This document shows positions 19,322-35,160 of a stretch of DNA of 64,000 bases, piece by piece (position 1 is the stretch's first letter; every line of letters begins with the position of its first letter). The translations under genes and the position numbers were made by a program. The notes below the pieces were generated by a model. The model was not told the origin of the DNA, made no database searches, and worked only from the letters and a program-made list of their open reading frames with translations. Origin of the DNA: the human T2T-CHM13v2.0 reference genome, Homo sapiens; NCBI RefSeq assembly GCF_009914755.1, contig NC_060926.1, one strand, 5' to 3'.

Positions 19322-19600
19322 TTTGAGCACTTACATTGTGGCTGTCTGAAATGAGATGTGTTCTAAGAGTGAATTATGCCCTGGACTTCCAAGACGTGTT
19401 TTGAAAAAATATGCATAATATCTCATCAGTAATTTTTATATCAATGGCATATTTAAATGTTCATTTTGGATATACTGAGTTAAATAAAATATACCATTAA
19501 ATTTAATTTCAGTCTCTTTTTTATTTTTCTCTCTTTTAATGTGGTTACTAGGAAATCTTAAATTACAAATGTGGCTTGCATTGAATTTCTGTTAGCAGCA
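19322..19600. mobile_element. MER33/MER3-type hAT relic
   Basis: TTGAGCACTT...TTTTAATGTGGTTACTAGGAAATCTTAAATTACAAATGTGGCTTGCATT. Confidence 0.7.
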
Positions 19601-20483
19601 ATGTCTGAGAACTGTTTTTCTCATCTGTTAAATGATGTTAACAATGAGAACACCCATAAAGTTCCCAAGACAGTAAGTGTCCTATACATGTTTATGTTCT
19701 TCCCCCATCACTTTTTCTCAGCAGAACACTCAAGCCTCCTGACTTTCATTTCATGATCCAGATACATTCAAAACCATTGTTCCATTTCCATCCAGATTTC
19801 TCCTGAGTAAGGGCTTTTTTTTTTCAGTCATGTGTCACTTGAAATCTTATGATTACAGTTTGTAAATAGCAAGTCAGAAGTTGGAAACTCAGCCAAGATT
19901 CTGAAACTGCCTTGCCTAAAGCAGAGGCATCAGAGAATGCACCTATTCATAAACCCGTCCCAGGCGCTTGTGAAAAGATACACTGACATTTAGGCAGGAA
20001 ATGCACACAAGGTAATTCATTCCTATTGAAGCTCACTGAGCATCAATCTGGTTGCGATATGAATTATTCATGTCCCCCCCCACCCCGCCGCCGCTGCCAC
20101 GCCAGCCTCATGTTCAAGGCTGATGTCAGTGCAGGACCCATAGCTCCTCTCTCTAGGCCCTTTCCCGGGCAGCTGTGCACAGATCAACACCCCGTCCTAG
20201 AGCCAGCTCTCATTCTCTCTGTGGTGAGGGCTCACCTACACGGACCCAGAGGCTGCGATCGACACCTGATGGGCCACTACAATTCAATTTTCTTGTCCAT
20301 CTGCTAGAAGACAGATGAATTCATCCAACAGCCAGCCCAGGACTCCAGAGGAAACAACTTGAGATAATTTATGAATTGATTTATGCCACTTCTCTTTCCA
20401 CAAAGAATGTATGGTGGCTGCATAATATGCCTTTTGTTGAACTTACCAAATCGTTCTCTCATTTCATGTTGTGGACGTCCTAG

Positions 20484-20789
20484 TAGGGAGTGATAAATGC
20501 ATATGCTATAAGGCCCAAACAGTTATGCTGATGGGGAGCAAGGAGCAAGCGACAGGGAGTGGTGGAGACTGTGTCCAACGGAAGAGCACCTGACCCACCT
20601 GCAGGGGCAGCCGCTGCCCATCCAAGCTGGTCGTTGCCTGTGATGATGCTCTTGGTGTTGCAAATCCTCTGATTTGTTACAAAAGGTCAGATTCCCAGAT
20701 TTTAATTTGGAGATCTCCTAATTTTTGAAGTGTGGGGCTGAATAAACCTGCCTATTGGTCCAATTCAGCCAGCCAGTTGACAGTCCCTG
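20484..20789 (-). mobile_element. MER102-type hAT relic
   Basis: GGGAGTGGTGGAGACTGTG...GGGGCAGCCGCTGC...CAGTCCCTG. Confidence 0.6.
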
Positions 20790-21569
20790 ATCTTGTTTGT
20801 TTGCTTGTATAAATGGCAGGCTTTCATGCCAAGGATTCTAACTTCATGTTCTTTTTTATTCCCTCTACCCTTCATCCCTCCTTCCACAGTACATAGCATT
20901 TATACCAATTATGATTTTCAGAATTAGACACCAATTTACCATCCTCATAGTTGCTCCGGATGCATCTTTTTTGTTATTTCCTTTTGTGTCCTCCTCCTTT
21001 TTTCTCGAAGTTCTCCAGACTCTGAGAGAGGAGGGGAAGCGAGAACAGGAGTCGATAATGGCCCTTTTCCAGCCACACACCCTCATCTGTAAGAAAATGT
21101 GGCTGAGTCTCCCTCTCCACGCTTTATCTTCTGTGTTGCCGAAGCATTGCCAGAATGTCAGGGCTCAGGAGAAAAGAGGGGAAGGATGCCAGATGAGGGT
21201 CTGGAAGGTCTCTCCTTTGTTGTAAGGCAGCAGTGGAGCAGTTAAAGGCATGAGGGACCTGCCTCCATACATCCTCTGCCAGGCGTGACTGAACTCCCAC
21301 CCGCCTCCCCATGTGCCTCCCAACGGTGGGACACTTTCTTTTCTGGGGCTTGCCACTGCCTCCTAATGATCTCCCCTATTCAACTAGATACTTTGTCTTT
21401 GATGACAAGCCCTGGGGTCCCAAAGAAACCTGGGCTATCTGCACAAGTAACCAGAATCCGCGAGTCAAATTCAGTTTCAGTAATTGGCTATTTGAGTCTA
21501 AGGGGTAGTTTGTTTAGTTCTTTGTTTTTTCTTTTTCGTTTCCTATAGTATTGATAAAGACACAGATTA

Positions 21570-21876
21570 GGCCAGGTGTGGCAACTCACACCAGTAATCC
21601 CAGGGCTTTGGGAGGCTGAGGCAGGAGGATCGCTTGAGCCCCAGAGTTTGAGGTCAGCCTGGGCAACTAACAAGAGACCCAGCTCTACAAAAACTTTAAA
21701 AATTAGCCAGGTGGTGTGGTGAGTACATATGGCCCCAGCCACATGAGAGGCTGAGGCCAGAGGATCATCTGAGGCCAGAAGTTCAAGGCTGCAGTGAGCC
21801 CGGATGGCACCACTGCACTCCAACCTGGGCAGCAGAGTGAGACGCTAGTCTCAAAAAAAAAAAAAAAAAAAAAAAA
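21570..21876 (+). mobile_element. AluJ
   Basis: Full Alu, A24 tail. Confidence 0.9.
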
Positions 21877-21919
21877 GATGCAAATTGACCTATGTGACAG
21901 GAAGCAGGTCCAGACGACT

Positions 21920-23015
21920 GTTTTTCAATTGACAAATAGAAATTATATATATTTATGATGTACTACGTGTTTTATATATGTTTACATTGTGAAATGACTA
22001 AATCACACTAATTAACATATGCAATCTACTCTCAGCACATTTCAAGCATACAATACATTGTTATTAACTATAGACACCGTGCTGTATAATAGACCTCTTG
22101 AACTTCTGCCTAACTGAAAATTGGTATTCTCTGGCCATTAAAGGCATTCCCCATCACCTCTGCCCTGACTCCCTGTTAACCACCATTCCACTTTGCTGTT
22201 ATGAGTTTGAGGTTTTTAGGTTTCTCTTATGAATGAAATAATGTGGTATTTCCCTTTCTGTGCCTAGCTTATTTCACTTAGCAAAATGTCCACAGCTTCA
22301 TCCACGTTGTTGTAAATAACAGGATTCCCTTGTTTTCTAAGGCTGAATAGCATTTCATTGCATTTATATACCACATTTTAAAAATCCATTTATCCATTGA
22401 TACACACATAGGTTGATTTTATATCTTGGCTATTGTGCATAATGCTGCAGTGAACATGTAAGTGCAGATAACTCTTTGCCATGCTGATTTCTTTTCAGAA
22501 ATCAATCAAAAAGAAAATTTTGAAACAGGATCTTATTCTGTTATCCAGGCTGGAGTGCGGTGGCATGCTTAGGGCTCACTGCAGCCTCGACCTCCCAAGT
22601 TCAGGCAATCCTCCTGCCTCAGCCTTCTGAGTAGCTGAGACCACAGGTGTGCACCACCACACTCAGCTAATTTTTAAATTGTTAGTAGAAATGAGGTCTC
22701 CCTATGTTGCTCACCATGTTGGTCAGGCTGGTCTCAAATTCTTGACCTCAGGTGATCCACCTGCCTGAGCAACATAGGGAGACCCCTGGACTTGAACCCC
22801 TGAACTCAAATGATCCTCCTACCTCAGTTTCCCAAAGTGCTAGGATGACAGGTCTGAGCCAGCACCCCCAATCGATATACTGATTTCATTTCCTTTGGAT
22901 GTGTATGGTAGTTCAATTTTTAATTTTTTGAGGAAGCTCCATACTGTTTTCCATGATAGTTATACTAATTTCCATTCCTACCAACTGTGTAGCAATGTCC
23001 CTTCTCTCCACATTT
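21920..23015 (-). mobile_element. L1MA/MB-type 3' end, interrupted by AluJ
   Basis: GCTTATTTCACTTAGCAAAATG, GGCTGAATAGCATTTCATTG, TTTTTTGAGGAAGCTCCATACTGTTTTCCAT. Confidence 0.85.
22518..22868 (-). mobile_element. AluJ carrying a ~72-nt templated insertion
   Basis: Antisense AluJ, lengthened by extra sequence at 22714-22786. Confidence 0.9.
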
Positions 23016-23210
23016 CCTTATTGGTGCTCAGAAGTCAAAATTTGAGGAACTACAGTATTAGTATAAAAAATGTTAAAGCACTTTTATGGGAATTGAAAGA
23101 AGACAGCTGCAATTTCAGGAAACTGATTAAGAAACACTTGGTCATGCAACATTTGCTCCACATTTTCAAGAATGTGTTAATCAGTTCTCCGCTTTTTAAA
23201 GAATGTGATG

Positions 23211-23804
<594 letters not shown>

Positions 23805-23877
23805 GAATGTGACAAATATAATGTAGCCTTTTATTGATGACTCGGGTCAATTACTTATGATCGGAAATTCTATTTCA

Positions 23878-24168
<291 letters not shown>

Positions 24169-24254
24169 TCAATAAGAATTTACTGAGCCTCTCTACTTTG
24201 TGCCAAGCACTACACATTGACCTTTAACCATTTTTAAATTTACTTTAAAACTAG

Positions 24255-24585
24255 GCCTTGAAAACATTGTGCTAAGTGAAAGACATCAGTCCCAAAGGAC
24301 CATACATTTGTATCATTCCATTTATATGAAATGTCCAGAATAGGCAAGTCTGCAAAGACAGAAAGTAGATTAGTGGCTGCCTGGGGCTGGGGGTACTGGG
24401 GCACAGTGGCTAGTGTGGGGTAATGATGGTGTTCTAATGACATCTGGGGCAATGATAATGCACTGCTGATTGTAGTGGTGGATACACAACCATGAATATA
24501 TTAAAAAACGACTCCGTGGTACACTGTAAATGGGTGAATCGTACGGTGTGTGAAATACATCACAATAAAGCCCGTTTTTAAACAA
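24255..24585 (+). mobile_element. L1M 3' end
   Basis: CCTTGAAAACATTGTGCTAAGTGAAAGA...ATTCCATTTATATGAAATGTCCAGAATAGGCAA...AATAAAG. Confidence 0.85.
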
Positions 24586-24678
24586 AGTTGTTGGCAATGT
24601 TCGGAAAACAGAAAGAGACAGCACCTGAACAAGGATGAGGAAGGGAGGACAGTGGGTGGGCCTGGCTCAAAATGATGA

Positions 24679-25202
<524 letters not shown>

Positions 25203-25546
25203 GTTTTTTTTAACCTTTTTACGCTCAACTTTTCTCATCTATAAAACAGGGATGATGATATCTACCTCATGGTGTTATGGTGAGGATTAAAGGAGATAAA
25301 ACTCAGAACGTGTCTGACTCATAGTAAGTGATCAAAAGGACTTTGTATCTGGGAAGGGGAAATCAGCAGGCTGTCAGAGAAAGTTTCACTACAGATAAAG
25401 CTGGAATCCTCAGAGCATGACCCTGGAGGTAGTTATTCTGGTTACTCAACTCGGTTAGATGTTGAGGATGTTGGTATCAATGAATGTTCCTGCCAGATGA
25501 GATGTTAACTGAATCACCAGTGTTCCTTAAAATAGTAGAAGGGGCA

Positions 25547-25892
<346 letters not shown>

Positions 25893-25894
25893 TC

Positions 25895-26195
25895 AGCGTC
25901 TCGTTTAATCCCCAAAGTAACAATATGCCATAGGTAGGTATTGGTAGCTCTATGCTACAGATGGGAAGCCAAGGCCCACACAGCTAATCATGACCATAAT
26001 GCCATTAAACACTCCTACATCGTGCTACAGTCGTGTACTCTCTCATTTAATCCTCAGCAAACCCTATGTGGGAGTTGCCATTATTATCCCACTTTGCATA
26101 TGAGGAAACTGAGGCACAGGAGGAATAAGTAACTCGCTGAGGTCACACATATTAAGTCGCAGATCTGAGACACAAACAGAAACAAATCTGACCCC
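25895..26195 (-). mobile_element. MIR fragments
   Basis: CCCACTTTGCATATGAGGAAACTGAGGCACAG. Confidence 0.75.
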
Positions 26196-26449
26196 AGAGC
26201 CCGTGTCCCCCCCATGGCTATGCTGTCCATGAACACAGCAGAGCATCCTTGTGGTGGCCACATCTAACCATAAGAGGTGCTGTAAACAGGGCAGTCCGTG
26301 AGATGCTGTACACATTAAAAGGAGGGCAGGCTCTGGCTTCAATCAGGCAGCTAGCTCTTTTGGGGTGACTTGAAGGGCACTAAGCCAGCTTCGCTGGGCT
26401 CTTCTAAACCTTCCTATCTGAGAATACATGCTCAGAATACCATTTTTTA

Positions 26450-26790
<341 letters not shown>

Positions 26791-27261
26791 TAAAATGTCT
26801 CTTAACAGCTGTTAGTCACTGCAAGGATGTGGGTGGCTGAATTTCCAATCTTACCCTGGCTTTTTTTCCCCCTCACACAGTTTTGGTAGCAGAGAAGAGA
26901 GGAAGATCTTGAAGGTCCTGATGAGGCCAGGTGAATTCTAAGAACCTTGGGCCTCATCTCCCTCCCACTCTGCCCTCACAAGGCTGGCTCAGTCTTGATA
27001 GCTAATGTGTAGAGTGTGTGGGAGAAGGTCGGGCTGGGACTCACTCTGGTCAGATCCATCTGTCTTCTCATCTCCAAGGCTGCTGTGATGGGAACAGCAG
27101 GAATCTCTTCGCCGCTGTGTCTACCCCAGTGTGGTTATTCAATGTTGGTGGCCTCTAAATGCTAGAAAAAGGACATTTTCTTCCTTGCAGACATCCTGGG
27201 ATAAAGGAAGACAGTGGTTCCTAAGGGCATCAGACACGGTGGGAGGGAAGGGTGCAGATGG

Positions 27262-27634
27262 CATGTTAGTTTGTGTTGGCTGCCAAAGCAAATACCACAG
27301 ACCACATGACTTAAAACAGAAATTTATTTTCTCACAGTTCTGGAGGCTGGAAGTCCGAGTTCAAAGAGTCAGCAGGACTGGTTTCCTCTGAGGCCTCTCG
27401 CCCTGGCCTGTAGCTGCTATCCTCTCCCTGCATCTCCACGTGGTCATCCCTCTGTGTGTGTCTGTGTCCAAATTTTTTTCCTATAAGGAGAGCAGTCATA
27501 TTGAAGTAAGGACCAGTCCATTTTAATTTAGTCACCTTTAAAGGCCCTATTTCCAAATGCAGTCACATTGTGGATGTCTGGAGGTTAGGGTTTCAACATT
27601 TGAATCTTGGAGGGACAGAATTCAGCCCGTAACA
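27262..27634 (-). mobile_element. MaLR LTR (MLT1B/C-like)
   Basis: CAAATACCACAGAC...TTTATTTTCTCACAGTTCTGGAGGCTGGAAGTCC...ATTCAGCCCGTAACA. Confidence 0.85.
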
Positions 27635-28259
27635 GATGGTGAGGGGGACAAGCTCCTTCTGCCACTTGCAGAGAATATCAAGATCACATGCACCTGCCAG
27701 AAATTCCCCGGGAGAAGGGTTCATCCTTCCACCCCGGAGGATTTCCAGGCCCCGGGTGCCCTGCAGGGCAGAGGCACAGCCGTGGGCTCACTGCTGGCCA
27801 CTCCAAGATGCCTGGGTGCCTGGGCCAGGTTCAGGTTTATTTGAACAGGAGACCCGGAAGGGAGCAGAGGCTCTTTCTCTGCTCTGCAGTTATGAAACAT
27901 ACTTAGGGGAAAATCAAACTCCATGCTAATTTAATAGTTATTAATAATTGATAACACCCATTCCTCGAGGATTGTTTGCACAGTGCTTGGAGGCCTGAGA
28001 ATTGGTGATAATGAAATTTTAGCATAAGATAAAATTGGGTTAAGGGTTTTTCTGCCTCTGTTTAAAATGTTCCTGTATAAAATATTCATTTTAGGTTATA
28101 AACTAATAAACAAATATGTCCCCCATATGCTCCCATGTGTGAAAATCTAACGTGATAATGAAAGTAAAAATAGTAATAAAGAAATGATAGGAAAATGATC
28201 ATTTGCTACACAATGAATAAATTATTAGAGTAATAGATTAACATGAAGAACAGGTACAG

Positions 28260-28610
28260 GGTGGGAAGGGGAAGGGCTTGGCATCTACGGCCCGCTCTGT
28301 GGTTTGTGTGGACATGTGACTCGGTGCCAGCAGCTCTTTCCTTTGTCCTTCCAGCAGGTGTTATTAAGCAGGGATGACTTGACAGTTGCCGGGCTGGTCT
28401 CACCAGAACCAGGCAGATGCGCTTCGCCCGCGTTCCTGACTCCCCCTCCTTCCCGTCTCTTCTCTTTTCAAATGACGCCATTTATGCAAGAGGGGGCAAA
28501 AGGTGAAATGCAAACCCTTTGAGTTAGCCCTGATAAAATCTCCTCATTTCAAATCCTGCTGGCAAAGCCGCCTGCAGCCTCCCTCCGCGCCCCTCTGGTC
28601 GCTTGTTCTT
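28260..28610. promoter_or_regulatory. Candidate cis-regulatory element, locally CpG-enriched
   Basis: RUNX TGTGGTTT 28298, E-boxes, YY1-like CGCCATTT 28476, CTCF-like GCAAGAGGGGGCA 28486, GATA 28531; motif evidence only. Confidence 0.35.
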
Positions 28611-29013
28611 CTACCCAATCCCTAGGGATCATGCCCATCAGGGTTCATCCTAGAGCTCCTGCTCTTCTCTACAGCACATTCTCATAGCCTTGGAAAATGC
28701 CTCTACTGACAACTCCCAACTTATATTCCACGCCAAGACCTTCCTCGGAGCCCCAGCCTCACACATGCCCACGCCCCTGCCCCCCGCCCCCCCCCCCACC
28801 CCCGCCCCGAGGTCTTCTTGACATCTCTGCTTGGTGACGTGCAGGCTTCTCAATCTCCCTGCTCCTCCCTCCGCCTCAGTAAATGCTGGCCCAGGCTGCT
28901 CGCTTGCTCAAGACACAACCCCAAGAGGCATCCTTGATGCTTCCTTTTCCCTCACTCCCCATATCCAACCCATCCATGAGTTCTTTCGGTTCCACCTTAA
29001 AAATACCCCTAGG

Positions 29014-29390
<377 letters not shown>

Positions 29391-29734
29391 TCATCACATG
29401 GGTCCTGTCACTGTCACCTCTGGCTGAGATTTGTGCAGTAGCCTCCCAGTGGATCTCCCACTGTCACTTTGCCTGCCCAACCAGCAGATAGAGTGATTTA
29501 GAAAGAATAAGTAGATCATGTAACGCCACTCCCAACCCCAGTCTGCACAAAGCTTTTCAGTGAGTTCCTGTCGCACTTAGAATAACACCCACGCTTCTTA
29601 CTGCACAGAGACCCCGACTGAGCCGCCCCAACTGTCTGTGCAGCCCTGTCTTGACCTGTTCTTCCCTCTCCTATGACATTTCTGGCTGGATTGATCTCTA
29701 ACGATCCCCTAGGACTTTATTTAATACTCTAAGT

Positions 29735-29875
29735 GAGATCTGGATCAGGCACCTCAGCATTACCTGGAGCTTGTTAGAAATCTCAAGCCCTCTCCAGACC
29801 TACTGAATCAGGAATCAGGATTTCAGCAAGATCCCTGGGTGATTCAAATGCAAATTAAGGCTTGAGAAGCTCTGC
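29735..29875. mobile_element. MER5A-type hAT MITE
   Basis: CAGCATTACCTGGAGCTTGTTAGAAAT...CCAGACCTACTGAATCAG...CAAGATCCCTGGGTGATTCA. Confidence 0.8.
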
Positions 29876-30725
29876 TGCAGCTCAGAGCACAGCAGGCCCT
29901 TTCCACCCCAGGGCCTTTGCACATGCTCCTCTTTCCCCGGTTCCTCATACAGCTTGCTCCTAGGATACCTCTGGAAATGGATGTGATGAACCATGGCTGC
30001 TTCTGGGGAGAGAAACAGGGAAGCTGGCATTGGGGATGGGAGGGAGAATTACCTTTTATTGTGTACTCTCATTCATCTTCAAACAAACAAGCCATTTTAA
30101 CAGCTGTTTTTCAGCCTTCAGTTCTATTTACAGCCACTATGAAAAGTAACCTCCCTTCCTTCCTTGGTGTCACAGTGTCCTTTGTTTCCTCCATGGTGTT
30201 CATCGTAATTTGGTGATCGTGATGTTTCTTCGCTGATGTCTCACTTCTGCCATCAGCATGCAGGAAGTGAAGATGTTGTCTTGTTCACCCCCCTGCATCC
30301 ACCAGCTTTAGATCCATGCTGCACACAGGAAGCTCTGAAATGCTGACAAAATGAGCTTCTCTGAAATCTTACATTCAGATGCTCCTCCCTGCCCCTTCCG
30401 TCCCTCCATGCAGTGCACCTACTAATTTGCTCCCACGACTCCTGTTTCATACCCGCGAGGGGCTCGTGTCCTGATGGCTCTGCTCTTATCTTCCAGCCTC
30501 CTTGGTTTGCATCTGTTCTGTGCTGCTTTCTTCTCTGGCTTCCACACACAGAGCAGTTGGCCTCACCTCAGTGTAACTGAGAGAAATGAAAGTCATCAGA
30601 GGCAACGCGCTCACTTCCCTGCCACAAAGCCCGCAAACCTGTCCACGTTTGCTGCTGTCTTTTTCTCCCTTCCATTTGCTAACGTGCCACTGCTCTCTTA
30701 CTGAAAGTGCTCTGATCTCACTCCT

Positions 30726-31070
30726 CCAGTGGTGCTGGTAAACGTTTCACAACTGACTCTCTGGGAATAAAAAGGTCTGATTTGAGGAATTTGCTGGTTT
30801 CTGTGGTGTAAATACTCCCATCACAGCCAATTTCAAGCCACCAGTGAGATAACACTACACGCAGAGTTGGAAGAGATGCATAGACGTGAGTAATCACTCA
30901 CATATAGCATTCTCACCACAGGGACACAATGGATGGACATTATCTCAGGGGAATAGCTATTGGTAGAAGGTAACAAACTAGGAAGAGATGAGTTTTCAGT
31001 ATTTATTGCTTTGTCTCTATGTAACCTATTTAACTGTAAGTTTTCATCATTTAATTTTTAACACTGGCTG
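30726..31070. mobile_element. MER63-type hAT relic
   Basis: CAGTGGTGCTGGTAAACGTTTCACAACTGACTCTC; GGTGTAAATACTCCCA. Confidence 0.6.
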
Positions 31071-31895
31071 TGTTTGGCGCCTGGCTCAGAAAATTCCTGC
31101 AGATTTCACAGTCGGCTCTCCCGCCTGTGGTCGTGCCTTGCAGCCACTTTTCCACCCCTACACATTTCTCAATCACCACAGTCTGGCTTCCGCCCCACAT
31201 GCCGAGGAACCTCTCCCACCTCCTTGTTGCTGACTTCCCTCTTACCTTCCTGGATCCCCAGGGGTACGGGACTCTGGGACAACCTACTCCTCCAGCTTCC
31301 ACAGCCCTGCAGAGCCCGGCTTCTGCCTCTCCTCTGTCCATATGCTCCTGCTCTCTGTCCTTCCTCAATTCCTCTCCTTGATCCATCCCTTAGGGTTTCT
31401 GGCCTCAGCCCTGCCTCCCTTTGAGCTCTCTCTTGGCAACTTCAGCCGTCTCCCCGCCCAGTGATCCTCTTCTCTCTGTGGGTGACACTCCATTCTCTAT
31501 CCCCAGTCCCCTCCCAGGCTTTGGCCCACAGCAGGCCCTCACGGTGCATCATGACTTCAGTGAACACATGAAGGAACGGGTTGCTGAAACTATCCCTTGT
31601 CCCCTTCTCACTGGCCCCCAGTCCATCCTCCACATTTATCCAAAACCCATCTTTCTCAAATGCAAGTCTTAAGCACCGCTTTTGAGCCTCTGGGAGACTG
31701 CTGCAGTGGCTCAGGGAGGCTGGGCTGGGGCCAGGCTGGGGCCAGGCTGGTGAGAGCAGAGGTGCACAGACCTGGATACATTTGTGGTGGCTTGTGGAGC
31801 GGAACCCACAGACAAGGGCACGCACCGAATGTGGAGGGTGGGTGGTGATTCCCAGGTGCCTGGCACAGGCATCCAGGCGGAGACAAAGCATTCAC

Positions 31896-32718
31896 TGACA
31901 CAGGGACTTTGAATCATTTCTGTTCTAACTTCTGACACCAAGTGTGTGGGTTTTTACCTCACACTAACCAGTTCTCCAGCTCTCCCGACACCAACTGGTT
32001 GTCCTACGATTCAATTCAGTTTTGACACCATCCATCAGCCTCAGGTCCTACAGGTTAAGAGCTCTGTCCTGCAAGGCTGCCCCCACTTCAGAGGCCAGTT
32101 GCAAGGCCTAGGCCTCCCAGACGTCTGACCAATGGACTACAAACTGGTGGTTCCCACAAACTGCTCCTCAGGTTTAGAACAGCTCACAGAACTCAGGAAA
32201 ACATTTTACTTACACATACTGGTTTATGATTAGGATGTAACTCAGGGGCAGCAGAGAAGGACTGCCCTGGGCAAGGCATCGGGGTGACTGTTGCGGAGTG
32301 TCCAGGCTCTCTCTGGATGCGCCACCATCCCAGCACCTCCCTGTGCTCACCAGCCCGGAAGCTCTCCAGCCCTGTCCCTGAAGAGTTTTGTGGAGGTCAC
32401 ATCCCTTAGGCATGGTAGATTAAAACACTGGGCATTGGTATGTACCTCAACCTCCAGTCCTTCTCATCTCCTTGGAAGGGAGACGGGGGAGCTGAAAGTG
32501 CTAACCCTGTAGTCACGAGGTTGGTTCCTGTGGCAACCACTCCCACCTGAGGCTCTCTAGGAGCTCACTATAAACTCAGGTATGGTTAGAAGGGGCTCAT
32601 CTTGAATAACAAAAGACATTCCTCTCACCCTCATCTCTTAGGAAATCCCAAGGCTTTTAGAGTTCTCGTGCCAGAACCAGGGTGGAGAATCAAATGTATC
32701 TCTTATGACAATGACACA
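31896..32718 (-). mobile_element. LTR (MER21-like)
   Basis: GACACCAACTGGTTGTCCTACGATTCAATTC; AGAACAGCTCACAGAACTCAGGAAAAC; GAATAACAAAAGACA. Confidence 0.75.
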
Positions 32719-33084
32719 GGGACTGTCATAGGAAGAGCAGATTTGTGTGCAGGGGAGGTGTCTAGATGTACAGGTGCCTACTGGACTTCCAGAGACCAGG
32801 GGAGGCACATGGCGTTCAGAACAGAGGTCTGGGAGGAAATAAAGGTGGGAGTTGTTAGCATACAGATGATAGCAATGTCACATAGATGAAAACAAAAATT
32901 TTCAGCAAGTTTTCATGGATTTTAGAATAAATTCTAAATGCCTAAGCATGGTCTCCAACAATGCCCCCGCCCCTCAGCTTGCCCTTGCTCTTGGTTTGGG
33001 TCTCAGCGCCGGCTCCCCTCCTCCACCCTCCCTTGCCCCTCCCCTTCATCCACTTCCTGCAAGATGGTGGATGCCATACCTGCC

Positions 33085-33433
33085 TTGGGTGGTTCGGGCT
33101 TCAATACTGAAATACCATAGACTGTGTGGCCTATAAACAACATGCTTATTTTTCACACTTCTGGAGGTCTGGAAGTTCATGATTAAGGGGCAGATTTAGT
33201 GTCTGGTGAGGGCCCAATTTCTGGTTCATAGATGGTGACTTCTGTCTGTGTCCTCCCATGGTGGAAGGGGCGAGGGGGCTCCCTGGGGCCTCTTCTTGTA
33301 GGAACCTATCCCATTCATCAGGGCCCCACCCTCATGACCTAACCAGCTCTCAAACGCCCCACCTCCTAACACCAGCACACGGGTGTTAGGCTTCAACATA
33401 GGAATTTGGGGGGACATCAACATCCAGACCTCA
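33085..33433 (-). mobile_element. MaLR LTR (MLT1A/MST-like)
   Basis: AAATACCATAGACTG...CCCACCCTCATGACCTAACCA...GAATTTGGGGGGACA. Confidence 0.8.
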
Positions 33434-35160
33434 GCAGGGCTTCTCCTGCTTACTCCAGCAGATCCTCTGGCGGTGGTGACCGCCATGTGCCCTGCATGGA
33501 AGGGCCGTTCTGTCTCTGCCCCAGGACTTGCCCAACTCCTCTGCCCAGTGAGCTGACAGCCCACTGGGGGCAGAGACATCCTTGTCACTAGCCCCGTGTT
33601 TCCTCAGTGCTTACCCAGTGCCTGGCTCATGGTGGATGTTCAGTGAGCATGTGTCAGAAGAAGACATTATGCTGTGAGCTCTCTGAAGCTTGTGAGCTGG
33701 CCCCAGGGAATGCAAGTCCAACTGTCTTTGGTGTTGGAGGTAACTGAACACCAAGTCCTGGCCAGTCTCTCCCGGATGCTGTGCACTGTGTTCTCAGGGA
33801 GGCAGGAGGACTCGCAGCGGATGCCAGGGACACGTGCCCATTTCTTCCTCCCACGTCAGCCTCCCCTTTTCCGGCCACATTTCAAACAAGTCTCAAAAGC
33901 CTGACCATGCCATGTAGCTTTTCCAAACTCACCTTGAGTAAACACACAGCTGCTGCCTCTCACCCACTGAGCTCAAATCTATCATCATTTTTGTATTGTG
34001 CACTCATGTATGGTTTGGCTGCATGCAACAAGGTGCCGATCTGCCTCTTCATGGAAGCATCGAGGGTCTTGGACCGTGAACTGCTGTGGTGAGACGACGA
34101 GAAGGGGACATTGGGATTTAGCAGTTGGCACAAGGCCTCCTGGAGCAATTCCAGGACCCCTCTGGGGAGTTACAATGGTGGTGACAGGGAAGATTTACCA
34201 TCTGGGACTGTGCTAGGTGCCAAGCGAAGCAGAGCTTGTCAGGTTCCTGGAACCGAGTATTAACGATTCCAATCAAGCAGGAAATGTCTGTGCCTGTTCT
34301 TTGCTAAGCTGGATTCCTCGCTCACTAGGCATCAAGGTGCCTGCGGAGTACGCTAGGCATGAGAAAGGTCTCGGGAGGCCGAGAGTGCCTGGCCTGCCCT
34401 CTGGCCCCACCCCAGGTCACGCTTGGGGTCCCTGTAGGCTGCTCACTGGTAATGGAGGAAGCCTTCATGGACTTGGGTCCCATCAGGCTGGCTCTCGGAG
34501 AAGCCCTGCAGAACTGTGGTTTGGTTTTAATGAGGGGAGAAGATTCCAAAAGTTTATCATGAAAAGCCCCATGACCACCTGTGTTTTAGAGACTTTGATG
34601 ACTTCAGAGGCCTTGAAATACAATCCCAGAGAAAAACAGTCAGCTTTGGACATGTGTGTTTGTGTGTGCGTGCATGTGTGTGTGTTTTGGTGGGGGATTC
34701 CTAATTCTCACCCCCCAGCCTTCCTCCTGAGCTGGAAGCCAGCCTTGAACAGGCAAGGGTGGGTTCTTAACTTCCTCAGAGCTGGCTGAGAACCACAGAG
34801 GCAATTCCAAGTCAGATTAAACCCAGAGCCTTGTTCCAGCTTCTGTGTTTAAAGGGAAAGTCATTGTATATTCCTCCTGGATGCCCTCCTGCCCCCAGAG
34901 TCTCACTCCTGTGTCTGAACAGTGGGTGACTTCTCTCAGTGAGCATAGTTTTTGTTGATCATGATTTGCCAATCTGTTTCTGAAGTGGGGGGAAATTATA
35001 GCTGGTAAATTCTCAGTCTGGACAACACACAATGTCACTTTGCAATAAAATGTGTGAGGACAGATAAGATAGTTATTGTCCTTGCAACATTAGAGATCAC
35101 CATTAGGTGGTATATTAGTCTAGATTCTCAGAGAAACAGAACCAGTAGCATACAGATATA

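Noticed and set aside
34217-34789. 190-aa ORF
   Set aside because: Non-ATG start, crosses a GT repeat, no recognisable domain or exon structure
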